Below, in pieces: positions 27,148 to 36,161 of a stretch of 54,484 bases of DNA. The stretch comes from Clostridiales bacterium (GTDB taxonomy: Bacteria > Bacillota > Clostridia > Lachnospirales > Lachnospiraceae): the NCBI GenBank assembly GCA_021203005.1, contig JAJQCB010000158.1:1-54484 (forward strand), written 5' to 3'. Within the stretch, counting starts at the first letter, position 1. The number at the start of each line of letters is the position of its first letter. The notes beneath the pieces are model-generated. The model had not been told where the DNA came from, made no database searches, and was given only the letters and a program-made list of their open reading frames with translations. The position numbers and the translations under genes are program-made.

Positions 27148-28837
27148 CTGTCTTGTAAGCAGAGCTGATCGCCATCTGCGCCTGAACTATGGCAGACGCA
27201 AGCGTTGCCATGCTTTCTTTCTGCGCTGTGGTCAGATCGCCATCAAAATCCGTACCCATATGTTTCTCCATGTTCGCGAGCTGCTCCAGCATTTCATCCT
27301 CCGTAACGCCGGCATCTTTAAACTCCGCAGTCCAGGTAACCATCTGCCCGACCAGTTCCTGATACATAAGCAGTGCCGTTGTCGGATTATCCAGCTCCAC
27401 CAGATTGCCCGCCGAGAGTCTCGTCAGCGCTTCCCAATATTCCTGATAAGAAATCGTGCTGTCGCCGGTGCTGTCCACCATCCCCAGCCGGGAATAATAA
27501 TTCGAGATCTCATAGAGCCGCTCCGCCCTTGCCACTTTGGATGGCTCCGTTTCCTGCAGAAACCCGGAATCCTTTGCTACCGCAAAATAAGTTCCGGCCT
27601 GCGCTTTCCCGTTTCCGCTCTCCAGATAGTAATAGTACAACACCCCAACGTCATAGCAGAAGCTCTCATATTCATCCGGATTCCCGCTCCGGAACACATC
27701 GATGTTCGACTCATTTCTGCCGCCGGTCACCATCATAATCCCCTGCAACTCCGAATCCTCATCGGAAGAGAATACCTGGTCGCGCGAATACTCTTCCACC
27801 AGCATATTCCATGCATCCTCCCTGTCCGGCTCCAGATTGATAGCCTGTTTCAGATAACCCGTCTTCTGCAAGCCGGAAGACTTCTCCGCATTCTCTATGT
27901 AAGATGTATAAGTATTACTTGTCTCAGACTTTTCCAGAAAATGAAAGCTCAGCGCGCCCACGCCGCAGGCTGCTGCCAGCACCGCCGTGACGACAAATTT
28001 ATGAAATTTGGAGAGCATCTTTGCCCGCATGCGGGTATCGGCCAGCTGATAGTTCTCCAGGTCATAGAAAAGCTCAGCGCAGGACTGGTAACGATCCTCA
28101 AGATTTTCCTGCGTACATTTCAGAATAATATTCTCCAGCCCCGCGGAAAGATTCGAATCCCAATGACGAATCGGGTACATCTTGTAGGGCGGTTCGCCTG
28201 GATTGTGTCCCGTGATCAGGTGGTACAAGGTAGCACCCAGACAGTAGATATCTGTCCTGGGATCCGTCTGCCCATGACCGCCGTACTGCTCCGGCGCTGC
28301 GTAACCGCGCGTACCCAGGCAGGTAGTATCCTCCATGCTGCTGAGCTTGTACTCTCTGGCTGTGCCAAAGTCAAAAAGCATGATGCTTCCATCCGGCTTC
28401 AGCATAACATTGGAAGGCTTCATATCACGGTAGATGATCGGCGGCTTGCGGGAATGCAGGTAGCCCAGCACATCGCAGAGCTGCTTCGCCCAGTCGATCA
28501 CACTCTCCTGAGGCTGCGGCCCATACTCCCGGAGGACATCCTTCAACGTCTTTCCCTCGATGTAATCCATGACGATGAGAAGACTTCCGTCCCCATCGAT
28601 CACATCCACAATACTGGGAAGATTCGGGTGATTTAAACGCTTCAGCAGATCAGTTTCCACGATAAGCCCCTGCTTAACCACGTCAAAGTTCCGGACACCG
28701 TCCTTGCGCACTTCCTTAATCGCCCAGGTTTTGTTCGCGCGCTCATTCATCGCCATGTAGACAACGCTCATGCCGCCCTGGCCGCATTTATTCAGGACGC
28801 GGTATTTTCCATCCACAAGAGATCCTATCTTTAACAT
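27134..28837 (-). CDS. Hanks-type Ser/Thr protein kinase with a TM helix and extracellular helical (TPR-like) domain
   Basis: GQGGMSVVY, AIKE, IYRDMKPSN, DFG, GTRGYAAPE, TDIYCLG; TM helix FVVTAVLAAACGVGALSF. Confidence 0.95.
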   Translation of the reverse strand: MLKIGSLVDGKYRVLNKCGQGGMSVVYMAMNERANKTWAIKEVRKDGVRNFDVVKQGLIVETDLLKRLNHPNLPSIVDVIDGDGSLLIVMDYIEGKTLKDVLREYGPQPQESVIDWAKQLCDVLGYLHSRKPPIIYRDMKPSNVMLKPDGSIMLFDFGTAREYKLSSMEDTTCLGTRGYAAPEQYGGHGQTDPRTDIYCLGATLYHLITGHNPGEPPYKMYPIRHWDSNLSAGLENIILKCTQENLEDRYQSCAELFYDLENYQLADTRMRAKMLSKFHKFVVTAVLAAACGVGALSFHFLEKSETSNTYTSYIENAEKSSGLQKTGYLKQAINLEPDREDAWNMLVEEYSRDQVFSSDEDSELQGIMMVTGGRNESNIDVFRSGNPDEYESFCYDVGVLYYYYLESGNGKAQAGTYFAVAKDSGFLQETEPSKVARAERLYEISNYYSRLGMVDSTGDSTISYQEYWEALTRLSAGNLVELDNPTTALLMYQELVGQMVTWTAEFKDAGVTEDEMLEQLANMEKHMGTDFDGDLTTAQKESMATLASAIVQAQMAISSAYKTVGSQ

Positions 28838-28880
28838 ACGTTTCCCCTAAACACAGCAAATCAAAATAATGTAATTGATA

Positions 28881-28896
28881 AATATTCCGGAATATT
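28881..28896. promoter_or_regulatory. Perfect 16-bp palindrome, candidate operator
   Basis: AATATTCCGGAATATT between the kinase-operon promoter and its start codon, near a divergent XRE gene. Confidence 0.4.
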
Positions 28897-28992
28897 AAAA
28901 CTTTCAGATACGGTATGAAGCAGATAATGGATGCAAAAGCAAGACCATATTGGAAAATGAAATATTACGAACACCGTAAATCTGATTTATTA

Positions 28993-29021
28993 ATTATACA
29001 CACAGCAGAACTATCTGTCAA
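28993..29021 (-). promoter_or_regulatory. Consensus SigA promoter for the kinase operon
   Basis: TTGACA (29021-29016)-17 bp-TATAAT (28998-28993). Confidence 0.75.
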
Positions 29022-29120
29022 TATTTTATTCCCGGATAGTTCATATTTCATAAAAAACCTCTCACCTACAATACATAGAAAACAGATTTTTTCAAAAACT
29101 CAGGAAAGAAAGGAAATCGC

Positions 29121-29474
29121 ATGAGGAATTTAGAGTTAACAGACCCCGTCCTGATGGGACAGCGCATCAAAGAGCAACGGCTCCTGCGTGGTTATTCCAG
29201 GGAAAAACTGGCGGAGTTGGCGAACATCACACCGCGCTATTGTTACGACATTGAGCTGGGCACCAAAAATATGTCCCTGCAGACACTTTGCAAAGTTGCC
29301 TCTGCGCTCTCTGTTTCTACCGATTATATACTTTTTGGTCCTCAGACGAATGGGGAAGAATACATTCCTCTGACCGCGCTCGTGCAGACCTGCCCGCCGC
29401 AGCAGCTGGAGCACCTGGAACAGATTGTATCCCAGTACCTTCAGGCGGTACAGGAAATGGAAGAAAAAAAATAA
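29121..29474 (+). CDS. XRE-family HTH transcriptional regulator
   Basis: GQRIKEQR..GYSREKLAELANIT..Y..IELG...SL..L..VA.AL.VSTDYILFG; AAGGA RBS. Confidence 0.9.
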   Translation: MRNLELTDPVLMGQRIKEQRLLRGYSREKLAELANITPRYCYDIELGTKNMSLQTLCKVASALSVSTDYILFGPQTNGEEYIPLTALVQTCPPQQLEHLEQIVSQYLQAVQEMEEKK

Positions 29475-29489
29475 GGGCTGAGCCCTTTC

Positions 29490-29560
29490 GAAGAAAAAGG
29501 AATGAGCCGCCATATAAGCCATGTGTCAGCAGGCCTCAGGGCGCCCATTCCTTTTTCTTC
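29490..29560. terminator. Inverted repeat between convergent genes
   Basis: GAAGAAAAAGGAATG ... CATTCCTTTTTCTTC, with a long loop. Confidence 0.45.
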
Positions 29561-29608
29561 AAATTTAAAAATATATACTCTCCTACCGGGTCAGACTCCG
29601 ACAGTCAC

Positions 29609-31609
29609 CTACCGCGAGACAAGTGACAGAACAATCTCATTCGAGCTTCGGAAAATTGTACTGCCCGATCCCACCTGGTTTACTACGAGGGTAACATCCT
29701 CCCCACTCACATCAGACAGGGCGACCTGCAGCTCGGTTTCTGAAATATACTCTGTCGAAACCGGTCCGTCGTTGACATACACTTCACTCCACGGTGTAAA
29801 ATTCTCTCCGCTTATGACAACCGTTTCCTGATCTTCCCCGATTTCCACCGAGCGGATTACTACATCCTCGACGCCCATCTCCAGGTCAGAAGCCTCATAA
29901 ATCTGCTCTCCGCCGTAAGTGTAGCGTTCCCCATAAAGGAGGTCATACTGAAGCAGCTCCCAATTCGTCACATAAGAATCGTCCTCCGTCGTCCCCTCCG
30001 TCATAGCGGACTGATGATAGGTGAACATGGTTCCCTCATGAATGCCAAGCTGATCCGTGATGTAAGCCACAAGCTGGTAGGCAGCCACATCGGCATCCTC
30101 CTGCTCCAGTCCGAAATTATTCCAGGTCGCATAGGTAGTCTGATAGATGCTGCCATTGTTCATATCCTCATCTTCCAGACCCATGGTCGGCAGATGATCG
30201 CCGTAGAAAACAACGATTGTTTTCTCATCGCGGTCTTCCAGCATCGTGATCAGGTCGCCGATAAATTCGTCCACCTCATAGAGCTCGTTGATATAATATT
30301 CCCACTGATAGTGCTCTTCCTCCGTCTCACCGCCGGTCACCTCAATTACCGGATCTTCAAAGACCTGACTGGTCGGGTAGCTTCCATGGCTCTGTACTGT
30401 GATGGTAAAGACAAAATCTGACTGATCTTCCGTGGAGTCCAGCGCTTTCTCCGTCTCCTCCACGAGAATTCCGTCGGTCGGCCATGTCTCATTCTCATTA
30501 TATTCGGTGATATTCATCAGTTCCTTGCTCGTATAAGAGTCAAATCCCATCTGCGAGAAAATCGTCGCCCGGCTGTAGAAATTACCGCTGTTGTTATGTA
30601 TCGCGTGTGTGGAATATCCCAGCTCCGCCAGATCGTTCGCGACACTCTCGCAGGTGGTCTCCTTTAAAATTGTCTTATACGGATACTCGCCCAGGCCGAA
30701 AAACTGAATCCCCATTCCGGTCAGTACTTCAAACTCCGTGTTTGCTGTCCCGGCTCCCACCACCGGAACCGTCAGATAGCCGGAGGTATAATTTTCCATC
30801 AGACTATGGAAATTCGGTATCGGATCTTCGGAGTATTCCAGGAAGTTCAGCTCATATGGATCAATGAAAGTCTCCAGCTGTACAAAAATAATGTTCGGCA
30901 GATCCTCCGTGTCAATGGAAGTCTCCTCCGTCTCCACGGAATCGTTGATTACCGTAATCGTCTCTTCCGAATAATTGTCAGGCTCTGACATTCCCGTATC
31001 TACCACACTGGCGGCAAAACTGTATACAAAACCGTACTCCTGATAACCTTGAGCAAGATTACCGAAGTACCCAGACAAAATATCCGATTGGATCGCCGCC
31101 CTTGTAATAAACGGAAGAGCAACTACAAGAGCTGCCACACAGGCCGCATTCCGGACACGGTGAATCTTTCCGGCAACTTTCGGTGCTTTGATTGCGAAAA
31201 ATACCAGAAACACCACCAGGCATCCAAGAGCAATCATGATAATAATCTGCTCCGCCTGGGACAGGTATTTACTGTTGTCCATTGCAAACAGATCGCCGAC
31301 CAGCTTCAGATCTGTAAAATTAAACGGTGTCACCCGGTTTGCCAGAACACAGCCGTTGATAATCCCGAGGATCATCCAGAATGCTGATATAACTACACGG
31401 AAAAACATCCTCCGCTTAAACAGATATGCAATCAGCAGCGTCGTAAAAATCAAAAGCGCGTTATATAAAAAGGTAAGCGGCGTTCCAAACGAAAACTGCA
31501 GTGCCGAGATCAGAGAATGCCTGGAAACACTCTCGATCGCCAGTACCAGGACACACGCCAGCAGGCCGTCAAAGAAAACAGAAAACTTCTTAAAGAAAGC
31601 AAATCTCAT
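29609..31609 (-). CDS. LTA synthase (LtaS-like sulfatase) family protein with a C-terminal IPT/TIG-like domain
   Basis: About 4-5 N-terminal TM helices; PNIIFVQLETF, GTANTEFEVLTG, HGSY, GDHLP; ISGENFT...VYVND tail. Confidence 0.9.
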   Translation of the reverse strand: MRFAFFKKFSVFFDGLLACVLVLAIESVSRHSLISALQFSFGTPLTFLYNALLIFTTLLIAYLFKRRMFFRVVISAFWMILGIINGCVLANRVTPFNFTDLKLVGDLFAMDNSKYLSQAEQIIIMIALGCLVVFLVFFAIKAPKVAGKIHRVRNAACVAALVVALPFITRAAIQSDILSGYFGNLAQGYQEYGFVYSFAASVVDTGMSEPDNYSEETITVINDSVETEETSIDTEDLPNIIFVQLETFIDPYELNFLEYSEDPIPNFHSLMENYTSGYLTVPVVGAGTANTEFEVLTGMGIQFFGLGEYPYKTILKETTCESVANDLAELGYSTHAIHNNSGNFYSRATIFSQMGFDSYTSKELMNITEYNENETWPTDGILVEETEKALDSTEDQSDFVFTITVQSHGSYPTSQVFEDPVIEVTGGETEEEHYQWEYYINELYEVDEFIGDLITMLEDRDEKTIVVFYGDHLPTMGLEDEDMNNGSIYQTTYATWNNFGLEQEDADVAAYQLVAYITDQLGIHEGTMFTYHQSAMTEGTTEDDSYVTNWELLQYDLLYGERYTYGGEQIYEASDLEMGVEDVVIRSVEIGEDQETVVISGENFTPWSEVYVNDGPVSTEYISETELQVALSDVSGEDVTLVVNQVGSGSTIFRSSNEIVLSLVSR

Positions 31610-31733
31610 GATTCATCCCTCCGTCAAAATTATTCCCATTTACAAAAAAAAGATCTGCCATATTTTCTCAATCATTTTACCTATTGATTGCATATGGTAG
31701 ACCTCTTTTTTACAAATGTCAAGATTCAAATTC

Positions 31734-32501
31734 TTAACGTTTTGTGATTATTATCTTTCTCAACGCCCGCACTGCTGTGTCGATGGCCGCCTCCGTATCA
31801 TGCACCATGGGATTCTCCATCCCCAGAAGTTCCCGTTCCTGGTTTGCCACCGCCAGCAAAACCGTCCCCGCCCGGACGTGCAGATGCGCCGCCACGGTAA
31901 AGAGCGCCGCCGATTCCATCTCCGAAGCCAGGCAGCCAAGGCGTTTCCACGCTTCCCACTTCTGTGTCAGCTCATAGCTGACCGGCATCACTTCCGGCTC
32001 ATGCTCCCCATAAAAAGAATCCTTACACTGTACCACACCGATATGCGACGGATATCCCGCCTCCTGCGCAGCCGCCTCCAGCGCACAGACAATCCGGTGA
32101 TCCGCCACCGCCGGAAACTCAATGGGTGCATATTCCCGGCTGGTACCTTCCATTCGGATTGCACCGGTGGCGATGACCAGATCGCCGCTCTTCACATCCA
32201 GATGTACACCTCCGCAGGTGCCTACCCGGATAAATGTCTGCGCCCCGCAAAGCACCAGCTCCTGCATGGCAATGGCTGCGGACGGTCCGCCGATCCCGGT
32301 AGAAGTCACGCTGACTTTCACTCCGTCCAGATATCCGGTGTACGTAGTGTACTCCCGCTGATCCGCCACAAGGTGCGCATCTTCAAAATGCGCCGCAATC
32401 TTCGCACACCGCTTAGGGTCGCCGGGAAGAATCACGTATTTCCCCACGTCACCTTCCTTTATGCCAAGATGATATTGAATTCCATTTTCAGAATATCGCA
32501 T
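31734..32501 (-). CDS. udp: Uridine phosphorylase
   Basis: [42 protein letters not shown]; RBS AAAGGAG before 32501. Confidence 0.93.
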   Translation of the reverse strand: MRYSENGIQYHLGIKEGDVGKYVILPGDPKRCAKIAAHFEDAHLVADQREYTTYTGYLDGVKVSVTSTGIGGPSAAIAMQELVLCGAQTFIRVGTCGGVHLDVKSGDLVIATGAIRMEGTSREYAPIEFPAVADHRIVCALEAAAQEAGYPSHIGVVQCKDSFYGEHEPEVMPVSYELTQKWEAWKRLGCLASEMESAALFTVAAHLHVRAGTVLLAVANQERELLGMENPMVHDTEAAIDTAVRALRKIIITKR

Positions 32502-32687
32502 AAGGTCTCCTTTCTCCGTTGCTTTCCAGTCTTCTGCTGCAGTTGTAAACTCAGCTGACACCGAAAAACTTATTCCTGTTTTCACGTTATCACAAAGCGA
32601 AAGTCGCGTCAACGCCTGTTGTATCTTGTTTTTTTTCTTGTTTACAATATAATGATGATACCAGTTTTAACAGGAAAGGAAGCAGTT

Positions 32688-33614
32688 ATGAAAAAACCTA
32701 TTTTAGTCGTCATGGCCGCCGGCATGGGCAGCCGCTACGGCGGATTAAAACAGATGGACCCCGTCGGCCGCTGCGGCGAAGTTATTATGGATTACTCTCT
32801 CTACGACGCCCACCGCGCCGGATTTGAAAAGGTCATTTTTATCATCAAACACACTTTTGAAGATGTCTTTAAGGAAAAAATCGGAAACCACATCGCAGAA
32901 TACATGGAAGTGGCATACGCTTTTCAGGATCTGAACGATCTGCCGGATGGCTATGCCGTCCCTGAGGGTCGTGAAAAGCCCTGGGGCACCTGCCATGCTA
33001 TACTGGCCGCCAGAGATCTCATCGACGCTCCGTTTGCCGTGATCAATGCAGATGATTATTACGGGACACAGTGCTTCCGGATCATCTACGACTACCTCAG
33101 CACACACCGGGACGATGATAAATACCGCTACTGTATGGTTGGCTACCTGCTGAAGAACACCGTCACCGCCAACGGTTCCGTGGCACGCGGCGTCTGCTCC
33201 GCTGATGCAGATGGGAATCTGATCAGCGTGGTAGAACGCACAAAAATCGAGCCCTACGCTGACGGTATCCACTTTACCGAAGATGACGGCGAGACCTGGA
33301 CCGATCTGGACGAGAATACCGTGGTCTCCATGAATCTATGGGGATTCTCCGAGAGCTTTGTGGCGGAGGCCGGGCAGCGTTTTTCCGCTTTTCTGGATAA
33401 CACACTGCTCAGCAACCCGCTGAAAGGCGAATACTTTCTGCCCTCCGTCGTGACCCAGCTTCTCGAGGAGGAAAAAGCCACTGTCCAGGTGCTCCCCTGC
33501 CCGGACAAATGGTACGGCGTTACCTACCGGGAGGACAAGCCGGATGTTGTCAAAGCACTCGATGATATGACGGAAGCCGGAATTTATCCATCCCCACTAT
33601 GGAAGCAGATATAG
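32688..33614 (+). CDS. Sugar-phosphate nucleotidyltransferase family protein
   Basis: MAAGMGSRYGGLKQ, REKPWGT.HA, INADDYYG, WYGVTY; AAGGA RBS. Confidence 0.88.
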   Translation: MKKPILVVMAAGMGSRYGGLKQMDPVGRCGEVIMDYSLYDAHRAGFEKVIFIIKHTFEDVFKEKIGNHIAEYMEVAYAFQDLNDLPDGYAVPEGREKPWGTCHAILAARDLIDAPFAVINADDYYGTQCFRIIYDYLSTHRDDDKYRYCMVGYLLKNTVTANGSVARGVCSADADGNLISVVERTKIEPYADGIHFTEDDGETWTDLDENTVVSMNLWGFSESFVAEAGQRFSAFLDNTLLSNPLKGEYFLPSVVTQLLEEEKATVQVLPCPDKWYGVTYREDKPDVVKALDDMTEAGIYPSPLWKQI

Positions 33615-33673
33615 ATACAAGTTTGCCCACAAAGCAAATATTTTCAGATTTCCAAAATCAAAATAAGTAATAC

Positions 33674-33727
33674 GAAAACGGCTATGAAACATGGAAAAAT
33701 CTCCCTTTGTCCCACAGCCGTTTTATT
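33674..33727. terminator. Probable bidirectional terminator between convergent genes
   Basis: AAAACGGCT...AGCCGTTTT inverted repeat. Confidence 0.5.
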
Positions 33728-33735
33728 CTACTCTT

Positions 33736-34668
33736 TTATTTTCTGATCACAGTCCCTGTCTGTCCCAGGATAGCTTCTTTAATCTTATCCAGTCTGGTAA
33801 TCAGTACTGACCGCGTATCCGAACCTCCGATAAACTGAATCGCCGTCTGAATCTTCGGCTGCATATTTCCGGCGCCGAACTCGCCATCCTCAATATACTG
33901 CGCCGCCTGGGCACAGGACAGCATGTGGAGAGGCTCCTGTTTCTCTGTGCCGTATCCCTTATAAACACATTCCACATCTGTCAGGATAATCAGCCGGTCC
34001 GCATTGACGCCGTCCGCCAGAAGTCCGGCAATCAGATCTTTCTCAATCACGGCGCTGGCGCCTTTTAAGGATTTGCCCTGCTGCAGCACGGGAATCCCGC
34101 CGCCTCCCGCGGCAATAACAATCTGTCTGGCATCCATCAGGGCATTAATCGCATCCAGTTCCACGATCTCGATAGGAGTCGGCGCCGCCACAATCCTGCG
34201 GAATCCGCCCTCCACCGGAGTGACATGGTTGCCTTTTTTCTCCTCCGCTTCAGCTTCTGCCTCATCCATCACACGGCCGATGATCTTAGTCGGATGATAA
34301 AAAGCATCATCATACGGATCCACCGTTACCTGCGTTAAAATCGTGGAAACCGTGCGGTACACACCGCGCCCCACCAGCTCACTGCGGATTGCCTGCTGCA
34401 GATCGTATCCGATATAGCCCTGGCTCATTGCTGAGCACACTGCCATCGGGGTAGCTGTGTATTCCTGATACAGCCTGTGAAACTCTGACATCGCCGTATG
34501 GATCATGCCCACCTGCGGTCCGTTACTGTGCGTAATCACAACTTCACAATCGTCCTGCACCAGATCGGCAATCGCCTTTGCCGCCCGTCTGGTCGCTTTT
34601 TTCTGCTCCGGAAGCGTCGTGCCAAGCGCATCATGCCCCAACGCGATCGTTATTCTCCTGCTCTTCAT
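33736..34668 (-). CDS. arcC: Carbamate kinase
   Basis: HSNGPQVG, AMSQGYIGY, PTKIIG, FRRIVAAP, GGGGIPV, AVIEKD, LTDV, GNMQPKI. Confidence 0.9.
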   Translation of the reverse strand: MKSRRITIALGHDALGTTLPEQKKATRRAAKAIADLVQDDCEVVITHSNGPQVGMIHTAMSEFHRLYQEYTATPMAVCSAMSQGYIGYDLQQAIRSELVGRGVYRTVSTILTQVTVDPYDDAFYHPTKIIGRVMDEAEAEAEEKKGNHVTPVEGGFRRIVAAPTPIEIVELDAINALMDARQIVIAAGGGGIPVLQQGKSLKGASAVIEKDLIAGLLADGVNADRLIILTDVECVYKGYGTEKQEPLHMLSCAQAAQYIEDGEFGAGNMQPKIQTAIQFIGGSDTRSVLITRLDKIKEAILGQTGTVIRK

Positions 34669-34889
34669 ACCGCTGCCTCCCCTCCGGTTTTACTGCCAGC
34701 CATTTTGTGTATGTACATCCAGCTGTCCACATAATCCCTGCGCTCCTGCTCCGACATTTCGACAAATTTCGCGTATTCCAGCTTTGACGGGATCATCTGA
34801 ACATTTTCACATTTAAAACACTCCACATCGCTTTTTCTGGAAACTGTCCGCACCCAGCCGCATTTAGGACATATAAACAGTCTGATCAT
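34665..34889 (-). CDS. Small zinc-ribbon protein
   Basis: CPKC...CFKC; ATGA overlaps with both neighbours. Confidence 0.75.
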   Translation of the reverse strand: MIRLFICPKCGWVRTVSRKSDVECFKCENVQMIPSKLEYAKFVEMSEQERRDYVDSWMYIHKMAGSKTGGEAAV

Positions 34890-36046
34890 TCTTCACTCTC
34901 CGAATCTGCATCTTCCGCCGCGTCTTCATCATCGGACAAATCATCTGCATCCGAGAAATCGTCATCCACGGCACTCTCTGCAGTGGCGCCGGTCGAACTG
35001 ATGATATAATCGCTATATTCCTGAACCGTGCTGGACGGCGTGTAATTTTCCTCGCCAAACAGCTGCTCATGTAAGGCGATAACGTTGCTCTCCAGATCGC
35101 AGGGAACCACAATACTGCCAACTGTACTGTTCAGTGTCATCGTCGTCTTGTCATAAGGGAATCCTCCGCTGCTTGATATGTCATAGCTAAGCATGGCTGA
35201 AGCCATGGTCAGAAGATCCTGCTTGGAAAGATCCGTCTGGATATCAGGAAATACCGTATCCAACAGCTCATTGAGCTGTGACAGGCTGGCACTCTTTACC
35301 TTGGAGAACATAGCGGACAGGACGATGCGCTGCCGCGCCGCGCGCTTATAATCTCCGCCGGATGTGTAACGAATACGCGAATAAGCCACCGCCTGTACAC
35401 CGTCCAGGGTATGTGTTCCCGTGGAACTGATCGTAGGAGAGTTTGTGTCCAGAATCTGATTGGTAGCCTCGATATAATCGTTCAGATACCCCAGTTCTGC
35501 AGTGGACTCGATCTCAATCTCCACACCGCCCAGAATATCTATAGCCTCCGCCACAGCCGCAAAATCCACGCAGACATAATTGTCAATATCCAGATCCAGG
35601 TTGCGGTTTAACATGGTAATTGCCTGCTCCACACCCCCGTAAGCATAAGCGGAATTACATTTACGGAACTTATCCTCCTCATCCACAGCCGCAACATTCA
35701 GATAAGTATCACGGTAAACGGAAACCATCGTCATCTCGTTCGTGTTGCTGTCAATATTCAACACCATGATGACATCGCTGTTGCCGGTAGTATATACACC
35801 CTGCGTGCGGTTATCCAGACCGAAAACGGCAATCGTCAGATTCTCCGCAAAAATCTCCTCCGTAGATCCCTCCACCTCATTTACCTGAATTTTTGACCGA
35901 TCCAGCTGATAGGAGGTATCAAGAAGATTCAGCTTCTGATATATAAAGAGTACCGCCAGTACCAGCACCAATATTACAATCTCTACGACAAAAAGAATGA
36001 TTCTCCGTCTTCTGCGCCTTACCGCTTTTGTCTTATGTCCAGCCAT
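34886..36046 (-). CDS. LCP (LytR-CpsA-Psr) family phosphotransferase
   Basis: Basic N-terminus + TM helix; FGLD.R, NSDVIM, SVYRDT, YSRIR, DYKRAARQR. Confidence 0.92.
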   Translation of the reverse strand: MAGHKTKAVRRRRRRIILFVVEIVILVLVLAVLFIYQKLNLLDTSYQLDRSKIQVNEVEGSTEEIFAENLTIAVFGLDNRTQGVYTTGNSDVIMVLNIDSNTNEMTMVSVYRDTYLNVAAVDEEDKFRKCNSAYAYGGVEQAITMLNRNLDLDIDNYVCVDFAAVAEAIDILGGVEIEIESTAELGYLNDYIEATNQILDTNSPTISSTGTHTLDGVQAVAYSRIRYTSGGDYKRAARQRIVLSAMFSKVKSASLSQLNELLDTVFPDIQTDLSKQDLLTMASAMLSYDISSSGGFPYDKTTMTLNSTVGSIVVPCDLESNVIALHEQLFGEENYTPSSTVQEYSDYIISSTGATAESAVDDDFSDADDLSDDEDAAEDADSESEE

Positions 36047-36161
36047 TGTTCTCTCCTAAAAATCCGTTTATTATGTAATGTAAATCTGTTATGATTTCAC
36101 AGACACACTTCATCGTACTACATCAGAGAAGAAATAACAATAAAAATTTTGTGAAACTTTT

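Noticed and set aside
26975-28636. 553-aa plus-strand ORF and the many other long antisense ORFs (e.g. 1259-2437, 11573-12748, 18970-19917, 49256-50155)
   Set aside because: They lie opposite well-supported genes, lack recognisable motifs and are typical shadow ORFs of moderately GC-rich coding DNA.
28915-29124. 69-aa ORF upstream of the XRE gene
   Set aside because: AT-rich divergent promoter region containing a consensus promoter; no RBS or motif support.
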